Origin: Planctomycetota bacterium
GTDB taxonomy: Bacteria; Planctomycetota; Phycisphaerae; WQYP01
Reading direction: 5' to 3'
Length of the DNA: 64,000 bases
Assembly (NCBI GenBank): GCA_021818445.1
Contig: JAKAEB010000005.1
Coordinates: forward strand, 26,780-90,779
Under the pieces are notes generated by a model. The model was not told the origin of the DNA and ran no database searches. It was given only the letters and a program-made list of their open reading frames with translations. Positions 7,974 through 18,381 of the stretch are shown here, one piece after another; position 1 is the stretch's first letter; the number at the start of each line of letters is the position of its first letter. The position numbers and the translations under genes are program-made.

Positions 7974-10547
7974 TTATTTAAATACCACACTACCGACGGT
8001 GGATGTATGATTACTTGAATCCCCCACCGCCAGTTGATAGGTTCCCGCCGGTACGATCCATTTATCTTTGTGGGTGTCAAAACAGGCAAAGCTGCGCCAA
8101 TTCAGACTCATCTGGACAATCCGGCTTTGGCCGGGATGGAGTTTAACGCGCTGGAAACCCTCCAGCTTTTGTACCACGCGAACCAGTTTTCCGGCTGGCG
8201 GCTTTACATAAAGCTGCACAACATCCGCTCCCGATCGGCGGCCTGTATTGGTGATGCGGGCCAGTACCATCACTTTTTTATGGCTTTGATGCCCGATGGC
8301 GTTTACTCCGATGCCGGCGATGGCAAAGTGCGTGTATGAAAGCCCGAAACCGAACGGAAACGCCGGCGTAATGTGGTGTTTATTAAACCAGCGATATCCA
8401 ATAAATATGCCCTCGGCAAAATGCACCGTCGGGTGCTTACCCAAAATATCATGCCCTGGAAAATGTCCGTATGCGGGTTCCTGCTTCCTGCTCCAACTGA
8501 ATGTAACCGGCAGGTGACCACTGGGATTGACCTTGCCGAAAATAATATCTGCTACCGCCTGGTTGCCGTTTTCGCCGGGATACCATGCGTCGATAAATGC
8601 ATCGACGTGGTTGATCCATGGCTTAAGTCCGACCGGACCACCAGAGTTAAGCACCACGATGGTATGCGGGTTCAGGCGGCCGACACTTTGCAGATACTCT
8701 CCCTGTAAACTGGGGAGGTTAAAGCTGCGGTCCAGGTCCTCGTGCTCGATTCGCGGACCAAAACCTGCACCGGCCACAACCAGATTGGCCTTGCGAATCA
8801 GGGCTTTTTCCGACGGTGTCAGCAACGAACGACTCATCAGACGCACGCCGAGTTTTACTTCACCGCCCGGTACGGGTGCCAGCGCAGTAATGGGTTTAGC
8901 CACCAGAACAATTTTTATTTTGTATGTTTTGCCGGCTACCAGGTGGTAGCTGTTCATAAATGGCTCGACGGGGCGCGGCCGCCACTGCTCCACCGTGTTG
9001 TACCGATTGATATAAACATTGGCACCGGCTGTACAGAAAAATTTCAGCATGTAATTTCCGGTTACCGTGGGCCGCAGCGTGGTACGAAATACACCGGTGA
9101 AGCCATTCGATCCGTGCAGCCCGTTGGGCCCGCCAGTCGGCCAGTGGTAGTCAACGGTGGGGAGATTTCCAGTGATGCCTGGCTTGGGGGCGTTCATTTT
9201 TGAAAGTTGGTAGCTGCAGCCGTGCGTGTGGGCGTCCCGATAAAGATAGGTACTTTGCCACGCCTGGCTGGATCGATCCAAGTAGGGAATGTTGACGACT
9301 CTGGCATCGGGCGCGTCGGCGCGAATCGCATCAAGCAGGCTGATTGGGCCGGAAATGGGAATCACATATGAGCTTCCGCCACCGCCCGTCACCGCCGGGG
9401 TGGCCATGGGTCCAAGCACCACAATCAGGTCGCCAGCCGACGGTGTCGGTACCGGTAACAGATGTGCTTTGTTTTTAAGTAATACTGCTCCCTGTGCCTC
9501 TTCCGTGTAGGCCGCATAGGCGGAAATGGGGTTATTGCGTGGTATGCATCCCAGCTTCTGCGGACGATCCAGAAAGCCCATTGCCACATCCATTCGCAGT
9601 ATCCGAAGCACATGCGTGTTGATGTTGCCGATGGTTACCTTTCCGCTCCGGATCAGTCGCCCGATCTTTTTCAGGGTGTAATTGATGGGCTTGTGCATTT
9701 CCAGATCCATGCCAGCCAGCAGCGGACCAAGCGTGGAATGCGATGCCCCCCAGTCTGACATTAAAACACCCTTGAACCCCCAATGCTTACGAAGCATATC
9801 GGTAAGTAAAAATTTATTGGCCGTGGAATATTGCCCATTCACCTTGTTGTATGCAGCCATGATACTCCACACATGCCCCTTACGGACGGCTGCGCGAAAC
9901 GGCAGCAGATACAATTCTTCCAGTGCCCGCCGACTGATGATGCAGTTCAGATCCATCCGGTCGGTCTCTTCCTCGTTACCCACATAGTGTTTGGCGCAGG
10001 CTGCCACCTCCTGCGACTGCACACCTTTGATCCACGGCACCGCCAACTGAGCGGTCAGATAGGGGTCTTCACCCATGTATTCAAAGTTACGTCCATCCTG
10101 GGGCTCCCGCATCACATTCATGCCGGGGCCGAATATCAAATGCACACCGCGAGCGCGGCAATCACTGCCAAGCGCCCGGCCGACCCGATAGGCCAGTTTT
10201 CGGTTCCACGAGGCTGCCAGCGCCATTGTCGATGGGTAGGCCGTTGACGCGCCAAACCGTCTAACCCCCACCGATGCATCCGACATAACCAGCGTGGGGA
10301 TGCCAAGCCGCTTAACCCCGGGCACGTCCAGCACATCTTCAAAGGCCATCATCCGAACCTTTTCCTGCAAGGTCATCTGTTTTAAAAGATGCTGGGCGGT
10401 AGCGTTGATTTGCTGCTGTGTGAGTCCGACAGGGCTGTACATTTCAGCACTTCGGGCGTGGCAAACGCCGATGGCCGCGATGGCCATAAGCACTGCGGCG
10501 GTGGCGGACATACCTTTGCACAGCGATTTTATCATTGATGACTGCAT
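7974..10547 (-). CDS. Secreted GH3 beta-glucosidase with PA14 insertion and C-terminal FN3-like domain (start uncertain)
   Basis: GRNFEYMGEDP, KHYVGN, GVLMSDWG (nucleophile Asp), VLLKN, WYPGENG, PSGHLPVTF, FPFGFGLSYT. Confidence 0.93.
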   Translation of the reverse strand: MQSSMIKSLCKGMSATAAVLMAIAAIGVCHARSAEMYSPVGLTQQQINATAQHLLKQMTLQEKVRMMAFEDVLDVPGVKRLGIPTLVMSDASVGVRRFGASTAYPSTMALAASWNRKLAYRVGRALGSDCRARGVHLIFGPGMNVMREPQDGRNFEYMGEDPYLTAQLAVPWIKGVQSQEVAACAKHYVGNEEETDRMDLNCIISRRALEELYLLPFRAAVRKGHVWSIMAAYNKVNGQYSTANKFLLTDMLRKHWGFKGVLMSDWGASHSTLGPLLAGMDLEMHKPINYTLKKIGRLIRSGKVTIGNINTHVLRILRMDVAMGFLDRPQKLGCIPRNNPISAYAAYTEEAQGAVLLKNKAHLLPVPTPSAGDLIVVLGPMATPAVTGGGGSSYVIPISGPISLLDAIRADAPDARVVNIPYLDRSSQAWQSTYLYRDAHTHGCSYQLSKMNAPKPGITGNLPTVDYHWPTGGPNGLHGSNGFTGVFRTTLRPTVTGNYMLKFFCTAGANVYINRYNTVEQWRPRPVEPFMNSYHLVAGKTYKIKIVLVAKPITALAPVPGGEVKLGVRLMSRSLLTPSEKALIRKANLVVAGAGFGPRIEHEDLDRSFNLPSLQGEYLQSVGRLNPHTIVVLNSGGPVGLKPWINHVDAFIDAWYPGENGNQAVADIIFGKVNPSGHLPVTFSWSRKQEPAYGHFPGHDILGKHPTVHFAEGIFIGYRWFNKHHITPAFPFGFGLSYTHFAIAGIGVNAIGHQSHKKVMVLARITNTGRRSGADVVQLYVKPPAGKLVRVVQKLEGFQRVKLHPGQSRIVQMSLNWRSFACFDTHKDKWIVPAGTYQLAVGDSSNHTSTVGSVVFK

Positions 10548-10698
10548 AATCTTCCGTAACCTTTCTGACGCCACTCGGGCGTACTGCAACTAATCTCAGC
10601 TAATGAACCTAGCGTGTATGGTCGTATTCGCAAGGGCCTGCCGCATTCTATCGCCATGGTGGACGCAAAAGAACGGAGTCCGCTTGCAATTAAAGGTT

Positions 10699-12495
10699 TT
10701 AATGCTTCAGGCTGAACACCTCTATCCCATTGATCTGCGCATTGTCACGCTGACTTACGAATTTTAGATTGATCGTGCCATGTGCATCGGCATGGGCGGT
10801 AAAAGATTCGTCAAATGCACGATACCTTCCGCCTGCCAGGGCATAAATATCCACATCCGAAAGTTTTAGATGGTGGTTGGCGAAGACGGCAAATAAGCGT
10901 TTGCGCGGGCCATGCCAATAATATTCCGCCCAATCCAATACCACTGCATATTTGTTACCTGGTTTAAGACCCCGCAAATGGTAGGTGAATGAGCCAAAAC
11001 GGCTGTATTGATATACAACGGGTGGCGCAGCACCTGATACGCGACGGGTTTCGATGGCATGAGTGGTGCCATGCTCAGGCGTGCCACCGTCGGCGTAACC
11101 GACATCTGCCTTAAATACCCCGTGGCTTTTCATATCGCCGCAGTTGATGGCGAGCATCGGCGTACCAAGATCGGTTGCAGATTTGCTGGTCGCGAATTGG
11201 GTGGCGCGTACAACCGGCGTGAATTTCGACACGATCCATCGGTTCATTTTGGAGTCTTTTGTTATTGCGCGGACTTCAGCTCGCGGCAGTTTGAATAGTG
11301 CTGATATTGCGCGCGGAGACAGTGCCGCTATGCGGTAATACCAAGGCTTACCCGCAATAGCGGTTTTGTCCGTCCAAGCCGATAAATCAGGGGCCAACCA
11401 CCACCGACGATCCACGGTGGCAAATGTCGGACTTTCTGACCGCTCAAGTTCAAAGCCTGTCTGGTCGTATGCCGAATCCTTCCATGTAAGTCGTATACCG
11501 CCACCAGCAAGTTTCAGAGCTTGCAGATGCTGTGGCTTGCGGAGGTTCCATTCATATGCTCTAACCCAGTTGACGAGCATGGTTTGAGGAAACTTAGCAC
11601 CCTTCTCCGTGGGCCCGCCGTAGGCACCACCTTCTGCCAAATTCAGTATGATGTAAAAAGGATGGTCGAAAACCCAGCCTTTGCGGGACTGATCACTGGG
11701 AGTAAAGCAGGCGTAGATATGTGAATCACAGGCAAACTGAATTGATCCCGGTGACCAGAACACCTGAAAAATGTGATATCGCTGCCAAAACTGCTTATTG
11801 CGCGGTAACCGGTAAGGGGCCCCGGCACCGACATTCGGTCCATGGATGGTCCCGGTGATAATGTTCGGCCTGTTCCCGGCACTCTCCATAATGTCAATTT
11901 CGCCGCATTGGGGCCAACCCACACGCTTAAAGTTGGAGCCGAGCATCCAGAATGCGGGCCACGATCCCGAACCGGCATCGCGCATGCCACCGGGCACCTT
12001 TATCCGGGCCTCTACCATCCCATAGGTGAAGTTGCCTTTGTGACAGGCTGATGTATTTATCCGCCCAGATATATAAGCGTTTTTTTTCCCGGGGTATGGG
12101 CGCAGCATGATCGCAAGTGCCTTACCACCTTGGGCGTGGGGGTCGCGTACAATATGCATTACCTTGAGACTGTCGGAATAATAGGTCGGGCAGTTTGGAT
12201 CCCATCCTTTGTCGTAAAACCAAATTTTTTTCGTCGGCTGGGACCCCACGGGGCCATCAAATGTCAGATCGAGCCGCAATTTGGGGGGGCTTGCGAACAC
12301 AGTGGGGCTTCCGGTGCCAAGTAGCAATGTCGCGATGGCCGCAATAGAAGCCGTTCTGCAGACGTGCACCATCTGCCGTCTCGTGTACCCTTGGACTGCA
12401 ATGCCGACATGCCGCCAAAACATGTTTTTACTCCTTGCCGCGTCTGTGCCCGGTGATATATCGGAACACACAAAACACCTGGCCGATATATTCAA
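10699..12495 (-). CDS. Secreted GH16 (laminarinase-type) with FN3 and malectin-like domains
   Basis: WPAFWMLG, GEIDIME catalytic motif and FYIILNLAEGG; FN3 (IRLTWKD...GFELERS...YYRIAA); malectin-like C-terminus (AINCG, WAEYYW...RLFAVFAN, NAQINGIEV). Confidence 0.9.
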   Translation of the reverse strand: MNISARCFVCSDISPGTDAARSKNMFWRHVGIAVQGYTRRQMVHVCRTASIAAIATLLLGTGSPTVFASPPKLRLDLTFDGPVGSQPTKKIWFYDKGWDPNCPTYYSDSLKVMHIVRDPHAQGGKALAIMLRPYPGKKNAYISGRINTSACHKGNFTYGMVEARIKVPGGMRDAGSGSWPAFWMLGSNFKRVGWPQCGEIDIMESAGNRPNIITGTIHGPNVGAGAPYRLPRNKQFWQRYHIFQVFWSPGSIQFACDSHIYACFTPSDQSRKGWVFDHPFYIILNLAEGGAYGGPTEKGAKFPQTMLVNWVRAYEWNLRKPQHLQALKLAGGGIRLTWKDSAYDQTGFELERSESPTFATVDRRWWLAPDLSAWTDKTAIAGKPWYYRIAALSPRAISALFKLPRAEVRAITKDSKMNRWIVSKFTPVVRATQFATSKSATDLGTPMLAINCGDMKSHGVFKADVGYADGGTPEHGTTHAIETRRVSGAAPPVVYQYSRFGSFTYHLRGLKPGNKYAVVLDWAEYYWHGPRKRLFAVFANHHLKLSDVDIYALAGGRYRAFDESFTAHADAHGTINLKFVSQRDNAQINGIEVFSLKH

Positions 12496-13430
12496 CTGCC
12501 GATGACCGTCGGTGCCCGCACCGGATCATAAATGTTTTTGATTCGCAGGCCCGCACCGCCCTGCGATCCCGGTGCGTTCGCCGGCGTGCCGCTGGTATTT
12601 CGATTAATGGGGATACCGGTGGCATGCCCGTCAAAAAAAACCGCGTTTCCCCATCCGCCTGCCCGGCTCCAGGTGTTATGTCGATACCGCAGTCCCGTTC
12701 CAAACGTAAATGTTGGTGACCAGTCAGAATTGGCCATGCCGCCGACAATAAATCCATCGGGCGGGACGAGATAGTCTCCAACTCCTGCATACGGTGCCGC
12801 GCAGCCTTCTTGCTGCCAATCGAAGGTTACCCACGATCCGCCATCGGGGAATGCCTGATTCGCATCACCGATGGCCAGCGAATTGGCGGGGTCGCGGATG
12901 GCCGATACAGCCAAAGTAGAATTAAGCGCCACACGTGGGTCAGACGTCAGATACAGGTGCTGGTAGAAGAAGTTGGGGTTACACGCATAATTCAGGCTCC
13001 ATGGGTTACTCATGGACAAAACCGCCGACGGGCAGTGAAAGATAGCCGCATAGGCTTGTCGCCACATATTATTATTGCCACGGGTGGCCATATAGGTCTC
13101 TGGCGTAACGCCCTCATAGAAGCTGAACAGCAGTGAGTCATACTGGTTATTGCCCGTTCCGTATTCCGCCAGACCGTAGGGCAGATGCCCCTCATAGTTT
13201 GCACAGTATGCCAGCAGAATTTGCCCCATGCTGTGAAGATTTCCCTCGCATTGGACGCTTTCGGCCGATGCACTCGCCCGGCTTAGCGTCGGCAGCAAAA
13301 TGGCAATTAAAATGGTGATGATGGCAATAACCACCAGCAGTTCAACCAGCGTAAAGCCGCAGCGCTTGCCGTGTCGGAGGTTGCAACCATGTTTTATGTC
13401 AACCTTAGGAGAACTACATTTTTCGGTCAT
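12492..13430 (-). CDS. Prepilin-type N-terminal cleavage/methylation protein, DUF1559 / H-X9-DG family
   Basis: GFTLVELLVVIAIITILIAILLPTLSRA...QCEGNLHSMG; C-terminal YRH...GNAVFFDGHA. Confidence 0.92.
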   Translation of the reverse strand: MTEKCSSPKVDIKHGCNLRHGKRCGFTLVELLVVIAIITILIAILLPTLSRASASAESVQCEGNLHSMGQILLAYCANYEGHLPYGLAEYGTGNNQYDSLLFSFYEGVTPETYMATRGNNNMWRQAYAAIFHCPSAVLSMSNPWSLNYACNPNFFYQHLYLTSDPRVALNSTLAVSAIRDPANSLAIGDANQAFPDGGSWVTFDWQQEGCAAPYAGVGDYLVPPDGFIVGGMANSDWSPTFTFGTGLRYRHNTWSRAGGWGNAVFFDGHATGIPINRNTSGTPANAPGSQGGAGLRIKNIYDPVRAPTVIGS

Positions 13431-13431
13431 T

Positions 13432-15729
13432 TCAACGGCTCCCCGCCGTATAGGCGACTATGCTGCGGATCAAGGTAATGCTGTATTTGGTGGAGTAGCC
13501 GTCTATCCCCCATGTGTGGGTTCCCAAAAGGCCCGAACCAACATCCAATGGTGAAAAAATAATGACCCATCGCTTGCCACGGCGTACGCCGTAAAGTTGC
13601 GGCAGACGTTTAATTCCGTGTTTCCGCATATAGTATTTTCGAAATACTCCGGGCGCATTACCATGCTTTTGGCCTGCTTGGCCACCAAGCAGTCGGCTTG
13701 AGGCTTTAATTCGCTTCAATGAGGCATGAGGAACCAGTGCGTCCACCAACTTCCGCATGCTGCCTGCCGTGCTGGCGTGCCCACCTATGCAATCCATCAG
13801 CAAGGTTCCACCTGCGGCCAGATATTGCTTGATCGCGGAGACCTGCTGACTGGTCAGGGCCACTTGTGAGGTGCCGGTGATGTAAACCAGCGAATGGCGG
13901 GCGGATGTCGACGCGACAGTCGCGCTGGACGTGTAGTCGATGGTGGTGCCGTAGTTAAGCCGCGATATTCGGGCGTAGCGCCGCCACGCGAATGGTTCGG
14001 GATTCCAGTTCCCTGCATACTTTAATTGGGTGACGTGCAGCGTCCGATTGGTGTGGCCATTTGATCTCGGGACATAAATCGACTTCAGGCGGTTGGTAAG
14101 ATCACCATCCCCTGTGCAGTACAGATAAAGATTCTCGGCAAATATCCACGGGCGTTTCGCTGAAAACGCGTGTCGCTGCCATACTCTGCTCAAGTCCTCC
14201 GGAGCCACGATCCATAGATACCTCGAACCATTGGACATACCGTACGCATTAATAAAAAAGTTTCGATACCACGGCTGCATTTGGTAAAGCAGGCAGGTCT
14301 TTTTGAGCCGCGTGAATTCATATTTTGAATCCATGACATGCTCGCCGAGTTTCATCATGGCCATGCGGAATGATTGCGAGGCATCGTCACATGAACATAG
14401 CACTAACCCGCCAGCGTCAATGTAATGGCGCAACTTTCGTTGTTCGGCGGGGGAATAGACCGGTGGGTGCGAGCCGGTAATGTAAAGTATCGGGGCACTA
14501 AGCCATGTCTTGAGCCTGGATTTAAACGTCACCACCTGCCAATTGACGGGGAAATCAGTTGTCCGGCTCATCCAGGATGCAAGATTCGCTACATCACGTG
14601 GATAACGATTCCATTGCCCGTAATAATGGTGACCGTCGTCGAGCTTGCTCATTAAAAATGGATTCAAGCCGCGATCCAGAATGAGTAACGCATAGGCTGT
14701 GCCGCTGACGGTATCGGCGTCCCAGAAGCCACCGCCCCAGCTTCCATTGTTGTTCTGATTATTAACGAGGGTGCGAACAAAATCGCGGTACCAATTGTGT
14801 CGGCCAAAACTGCTGAGCCCCGATGCCAATCCTACGCGTTCAAACCCGTACATGGCGTATTCATTACTGTCCACTGGCTGGAAATGGGCGTTAATCCACC
14901 TGAGGCCCCGGCTTACGGCCATGTTGCGGCCACGATTCAGATATTCATCGGCAATCAGGAGGCTGGCAATTCCAGCCGGTGTCATCGACTGTTTTCGCCA
15001 AGCCGACGGCTGATGAGCGGGCGGCCTTCCCGCAAACCCCCAGTAGCCCCAACTGCCATCTGGAAACTGCGTACCAACCCAATGGCGCTCTACCAGACGC
15101 CAGTAGCGGTAAGGGGCCGATCGCTGCAGGGCGTGTACGCATGCCCACATACCGAGGACACCGTATTGGCTGTTGGAGTTATCCCATGCCGTAGAGGTAG
15201 CAAAAGGTCTATCCTTTTGCGGAGATCCAAAGTAGGCATAGCTGTAGGCGCCATTATTATGAATGGCCTGGTCTAAATAAATCTGGTCCCAACGCAACAT
15301 TCGTCGCACGGCTGGTTTCAGGGGCAAAAGGGCGAGGGCATTGGCCTGATATGATACGGCGTAATTACCGGTGGGCTTGATGTGGCAAAGCATCGCAATA
15401 GCCGGTTTGAGCGCCGGCCCAAACATACTCAAACTCTTAAGATGCAGTGTCTGCTGGACGTAGAGCAGCGCTTCGACCACCAACGCAGTCTCGCCCCCGC
15501 GTTCGCTGAACGTACCTTCCGGTCCCCGCCCTTTAACCCCGCGCTCCCAGAAACTACCGGGTCGCTCCTGCTTCAAAAGATAATTCACGCCACCGATAAT
15601 TGCCCGGCGGACTACCGCCCCGCTGATCGGCGTGTGCGCGGTCGCAAGGTTTACGACGCAGCATGGAATCATTGCCGCTGTCATCAACGCGGCGATTATC
15701 ATCGACCGTCGGCGTAATGTAATTTTCAT
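13432..15729 (-). CDS. Secreted protein with a prenyltransferase/squalene-cyclase-like alpha/alpha barrel and two DUF4159-like domains
   Basis: Signal peptide; QW-like repeats (QFPDGSWGY, QNNNGSWGG) and WDNSNSQYGVLG; two PILYITG / LVYITG...YIDAGG / YLAAGG domains. Confidence 0.75.
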   Translation of the reverse strand: MKITLRRRSMIIAALMTAAMIPCCVVNLATAHTPISGAVVRRAIIGGVNYLLKQERPGSFWERGVKGRGPEGTFSERGGETALVVEALLYVQQTLHLKSLSMFGPALKPAIAMLCHIKPTGNYAVSYQANALALLPLKPAVRRMLRWDQIYLDQAIHNNGAYSYAYFGSPQKDRPFATSTAWDNSNSQYGVLGMWACVHALQRSAPYRYWRLVERHWVGTQFPDGSWGYWGFAGRPPAHQPSAWRKQSMTPAGIASLLIADEYLNRGRNMAVSRGLRWINAHFQPVDSNEYAMYGFERVGLASGLSSFGRHNWYRDFVRTLVNNQNNNGSWGGGFWDADTVSGTAYALLILDRGLNPFLMSKLDDGHHYYGQWNRYPRDVANLASWMSRTTDFPVNWQVVTFKSRLKTWLSAPILYITGSHPPVYSPAEQRKLRHYIDAGGLVLCSCDDASQSFRMAMMKLGEHVMDSKYEFTRLKKTCLLYQMQPWYRNFFINAYGMSNGSRYLWIVAPEDLSRVWQRHAFSAKRPWIFAENLYLYCTGDGDLTNRLKSIYVPRSNGHTNRTLHVTQLKYAGNWNPEPFAWRRYARISRLNYGTTIDYTSSATVASTSARHSLVYITGTSQVALTSQQVSAIKQYLAAGGTLLMDCIGGHASTAGSMRKLVDALVPHASLKRIKASSRLLGGQAGQKHGNAPGVFRKYYMRKHGIKRLPQLYGVRRGKRWVIIFSPLDVGSGLLGTHTWGIDGYSTKYSITLIRSIVAYTAGSR

Positions 15730-15780
15730 TCAGCTTACCTCAGCGAGATAATCATCAATTGAAGCCGGATTCCGCCGGAA

Positions 15781-16377
15781 CTATTTCTGATATTTGACGT
15801 CATCGAGATAAAAGGTGAAGGGCGAGCCATTGGCGGCTGCCGACCAGTAAAAGCCGGTGATGATGCGGGACATATTTTTTCCCTTAAGCGAGATAGAGTA
15901 TTTTTTCCAGTGTTTACCGAGGGTAACTTTTTTCGACGCCGATGAACTGTCATGATACGCCTTGCCTTTGCCAATGAGTCCGTAGCCAAACGTAACCACC
16001 ACACCCCCGTGCTTTGCTTTGGCCCAAAATACCAGCTTCTTTGCGCCGGTGATGTTGATTCCCCCCTGCGTATCACCCCAATTATTCGCTGGGTTTTGCC
16101 ACACGATCCCACCCCATCCGGAACTTCCGGTAAAGCTGATCTTCAGACAGCGCGTCCCCTTGGGAGGTTTGACATGACACTTGCCATTGTATTGAATTTT
16201 TCCTGTATTTCCCATCCATCCCGATGGAACAAAACCCGAGTTGCCGCTGCCGTTGTTGTAGATCACCAGTGGTAGCGAAGCCTTGGCAGCGGCGTACGCT
16301 GCACCCGCAGCGGCCATCAGGGTGATTACAGCCAACAGGGCGATAAAATGACGGTATGAGAAATTTTTAGACTGCAT
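15781..16377 (-). CDS. Secreted stand-alone putative carbohydrate-binding (galactose-binding-like beta-sandwich) protein
   Basis: Signal peptide; mature region is clearly paralogous to the C-terminal domain of 16435-18300. Confidence 0.75.
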   Translation of the reverse strand: MQSKNFSYRHFIALLAVITLMAAAGAAYAAAKASLPLVIYNNGSGNSGFVPSGWMGNTGKIQYNGKCHVKPPKGTRCLKISFTGSSGWGGIVWQNPANNWGDTQGGINITGAKKLVFWAKAKHGGVVVTFGYGLIGKGKAYHDSSSASKKVTLGKHWKKYSISLKGKNMSRIITGFYWSAAANGSPFTFYLDDVKYQK

Positions 16378-16434
16378 GAAAAAACATCCTTATGTAAAAG
16401 AAGGCCTTTGAAACAATGACCAAGCATTACATTG

Positions 16435-18300
16435 TCATTTTCCGCTGAACACAATCTGGTCGAGATAAAACCGCAGCGGCGTATTATTTGCACCAGCCGT
16501 CCAATAAAATCCGACGATGATGCGCGAAAGATTTTTGCCCGCCAGTCGAAGGGTATATTTTCTCCAGTGCCGGTGCAGCTTGATAGTGCGCGACAGCCGC
16601 GCAGAATCATGATATTTCTGGTTTGATCCGATGAGGCCCACGCCAACGGTAACAGACTGTCCGGCTTTTTGGCCTCTTGCCCAAAATGAAAGTTGCCCGG
16701 CGCCTGTCAAGTTCAGACCGCCCCAATTTTTCCCCCAGTCATCGGCCGGGTCCTGCCACGCTATACCGCCCCAGCAGTGGGGCTTTGTGAGTCCGACTTC
16801 AAGGCATTGCCTGCCTTTGTGCGGGTGTTTACGGCAATGAGGGTTAAACAATATATCCTGATAATTGCCCATCCAACCAGAAGGTACAAATGGGCTCCGC
16901 CCGTTGCCACCATAAATTGCCACCGGCAACTTCGCCTTTGGAGCTCGCATCGGCTGGATGACGCCCTCGTCGAGCAGAGGGATGTTACCGACCGCGGCCC
17001 CATCATGGGCGTTGTAAATATAACAGTACAGGCGATAGAAGCCGCCGCGAGTCGGCATCTTCACGGTAACGGATGGGCGATCGTTATCAATTATTGCGTG
17101 TCGATATCGTCGCGGCATTATCCCACCATGGCCTCCGACGATATTCAGGTTCGAGATGTCGCGTCGTAAAATCCAGTCGTACTGAAGCTTCCCTCCCCCC
17201 GGTTCTGTGGCGGAAACCGTCGCATGGATCAATCCACCCGGTTTAACTTTGTCAGAACCCGTCAGTTTGATGCTCTGCATCAATGGACAGCGATGGGTTG
17301 GCCAATGGCCCGTCCAGAAATGTTGCAGCGCATCGACGGCACCGAGCCGCCGACCATCCGGCAGAATCAGTCCATACCATGTTGGCGTGGCTTCCACTTT
17401 CCACCCCCAGGTGAAGGCGTAACCGCCCAGGCAAAGGCCCCGTGCCGCGAGAATGCTGTTGCGATAGGTGGCCGAGTAGGCTGCCGCCTTCTGCGTGCTG
17501 GTTTCCTCCACGGGCAACCCGATGTTGTTACGGCCGATCTCCCACGTGCCTGGCGGGCCATATTCAGTGATGACGTATGGCTTGTATCCCCCGGCCTTAA
17601 GATACCGCCGGTACAGGGTCGGGCCGCCGCCGTATGAATTAATTCCGATAATGTCGATATCAGGACAATATTTATTTATTTTCTCAACCTTGTGCCCGCC
17701 GATTTCCGCTACTACCGTCATGGTGGGGTGATTGGGGTCAAGCCGATGGCACATGCGTGCAATTTGCTCAACAGCCTTCCATAGTATCTTGTGATCGTAT
17801 CCATTTTCCATTTCATTGCCGATGCCCCACATCAGCACGGCCGGGTTGCTTCGATACTTGAGCACGTATCTCCGGCATTGTTCATACTGGGCGTGCACCG
17901 CTGCGGCATCATGATAGTTGAATCCATCTGAGGGGTGTCCCAGCCAGAACCCGACGGTTACCGTCATATGCAGCCTGGCCGCCAGCCTCAATTCCTTTCC
18001 AATGCCTTCGGCACCCCACGTGCGCCCCGAATTTCCGCCGCAAGCTTTGAGTGCGGTCAGCGAATAACTGCCACCGGCACCCTTAATAAAATAGGGTTTC
18101 CCGTCGCGCAACAATTCCCACCCATGATGCGTCTTGACGATTTGCGTGCGAATCGCCCTGCCTACCGCCGCATGCGCCGCCGTCAGCCCTGCAAAGACGA
18201 GGACGATTGCGGGCAATCGAGACAGGGGGTGCCACAAACGTTGCCGTTTAATAAATCCATCGCATGGCGGAGCATATTTTGCTATTTTGTTACACAACAT
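16435..18300 (-). CDS. Secreted clan GH-A glycoside hydrolase (GH158-like / GH2 TIM-barrel-like), probable endo-beta-1,3-glucanase, with C-terminal CBM-like domain
   Basis: LLRDGKPYFIKGAGG, RTWG, LMWGIGNEME (acid/base), GINSYGG and PYVITEYGP (nucleophile). GH158 assignment is from recalled family motifs. Confidence 0.75.
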   Translation of the reverse strand: MLCNKIAKYAPPCDGFIKRQRLWHPLSRLPAIVLVFAGLTAAHAAVGRAIRTQIVKTHHGWELLRDGKPYFIKGAGGSYSLTALKACGGNSGRTWGAEGIGKELRLAARLHMTVTVGFWLGHPSDGFNYHDAAAVHAQYEQCRRYVLKYRSNPAVLMWGIGNEMENGYDHKILWKAVEQIARMCHRLDPNHPTMTVVAEIGGHKVEKINKYCPDIDIIGINSYGGGPTLYRRYLKAGGYKPYVITEYGPPGTWEIGRNNIGLPVEETSTQKAAAYSATYRNSILAARGLCLGGYAFTWGWKVEATPTWYGLILPDGRRLGAVDALQHFWTGHWPTHRCPLMQSIKLTGSDKVKPGGLIHATVSATEPGGGKLQYDWILRRDISNLNIVGGHGGIMPRRYRHAIIDNDRPSVTVKMPTRGGFYRLYCYIYNAHDGAAVGNIPLLDEGVIQPMRAPKAKLPVAIYGGNGRSPFVPSGWMGNYQDILFNPHCRKHPHKGRQCLEVGLTKPHCWGGIAWQDPADDWGKNWGGLNLTGAGQLSFWARGQKAGQSVTVGVGLIGSNQKYHDSARLSRTIKLHRHWRKYTLRLAGKNLSRIIVGFYWTAGANNTPLRFYLDQIVFSGK

Positions 18301-18333
18301 TCAGTTCTTTACACCGGCTAATGGGTTCACGTG

Positions 18334-18368
18334 AAAAAAAAGGGCCGCCCGTAAGAACGGGCGGCCCT
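18334..18368 (-). terminator. Rho-independent terminator after the PEP-CTERM gene
   Basis: Stem AGGGCCGCCCGT-AAGA-ACGGGCGGCCCT followed by a T run on the minus strand. Confidence 0.9.
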
Positions 18369-18381
18369 GGGATAGAATAAA

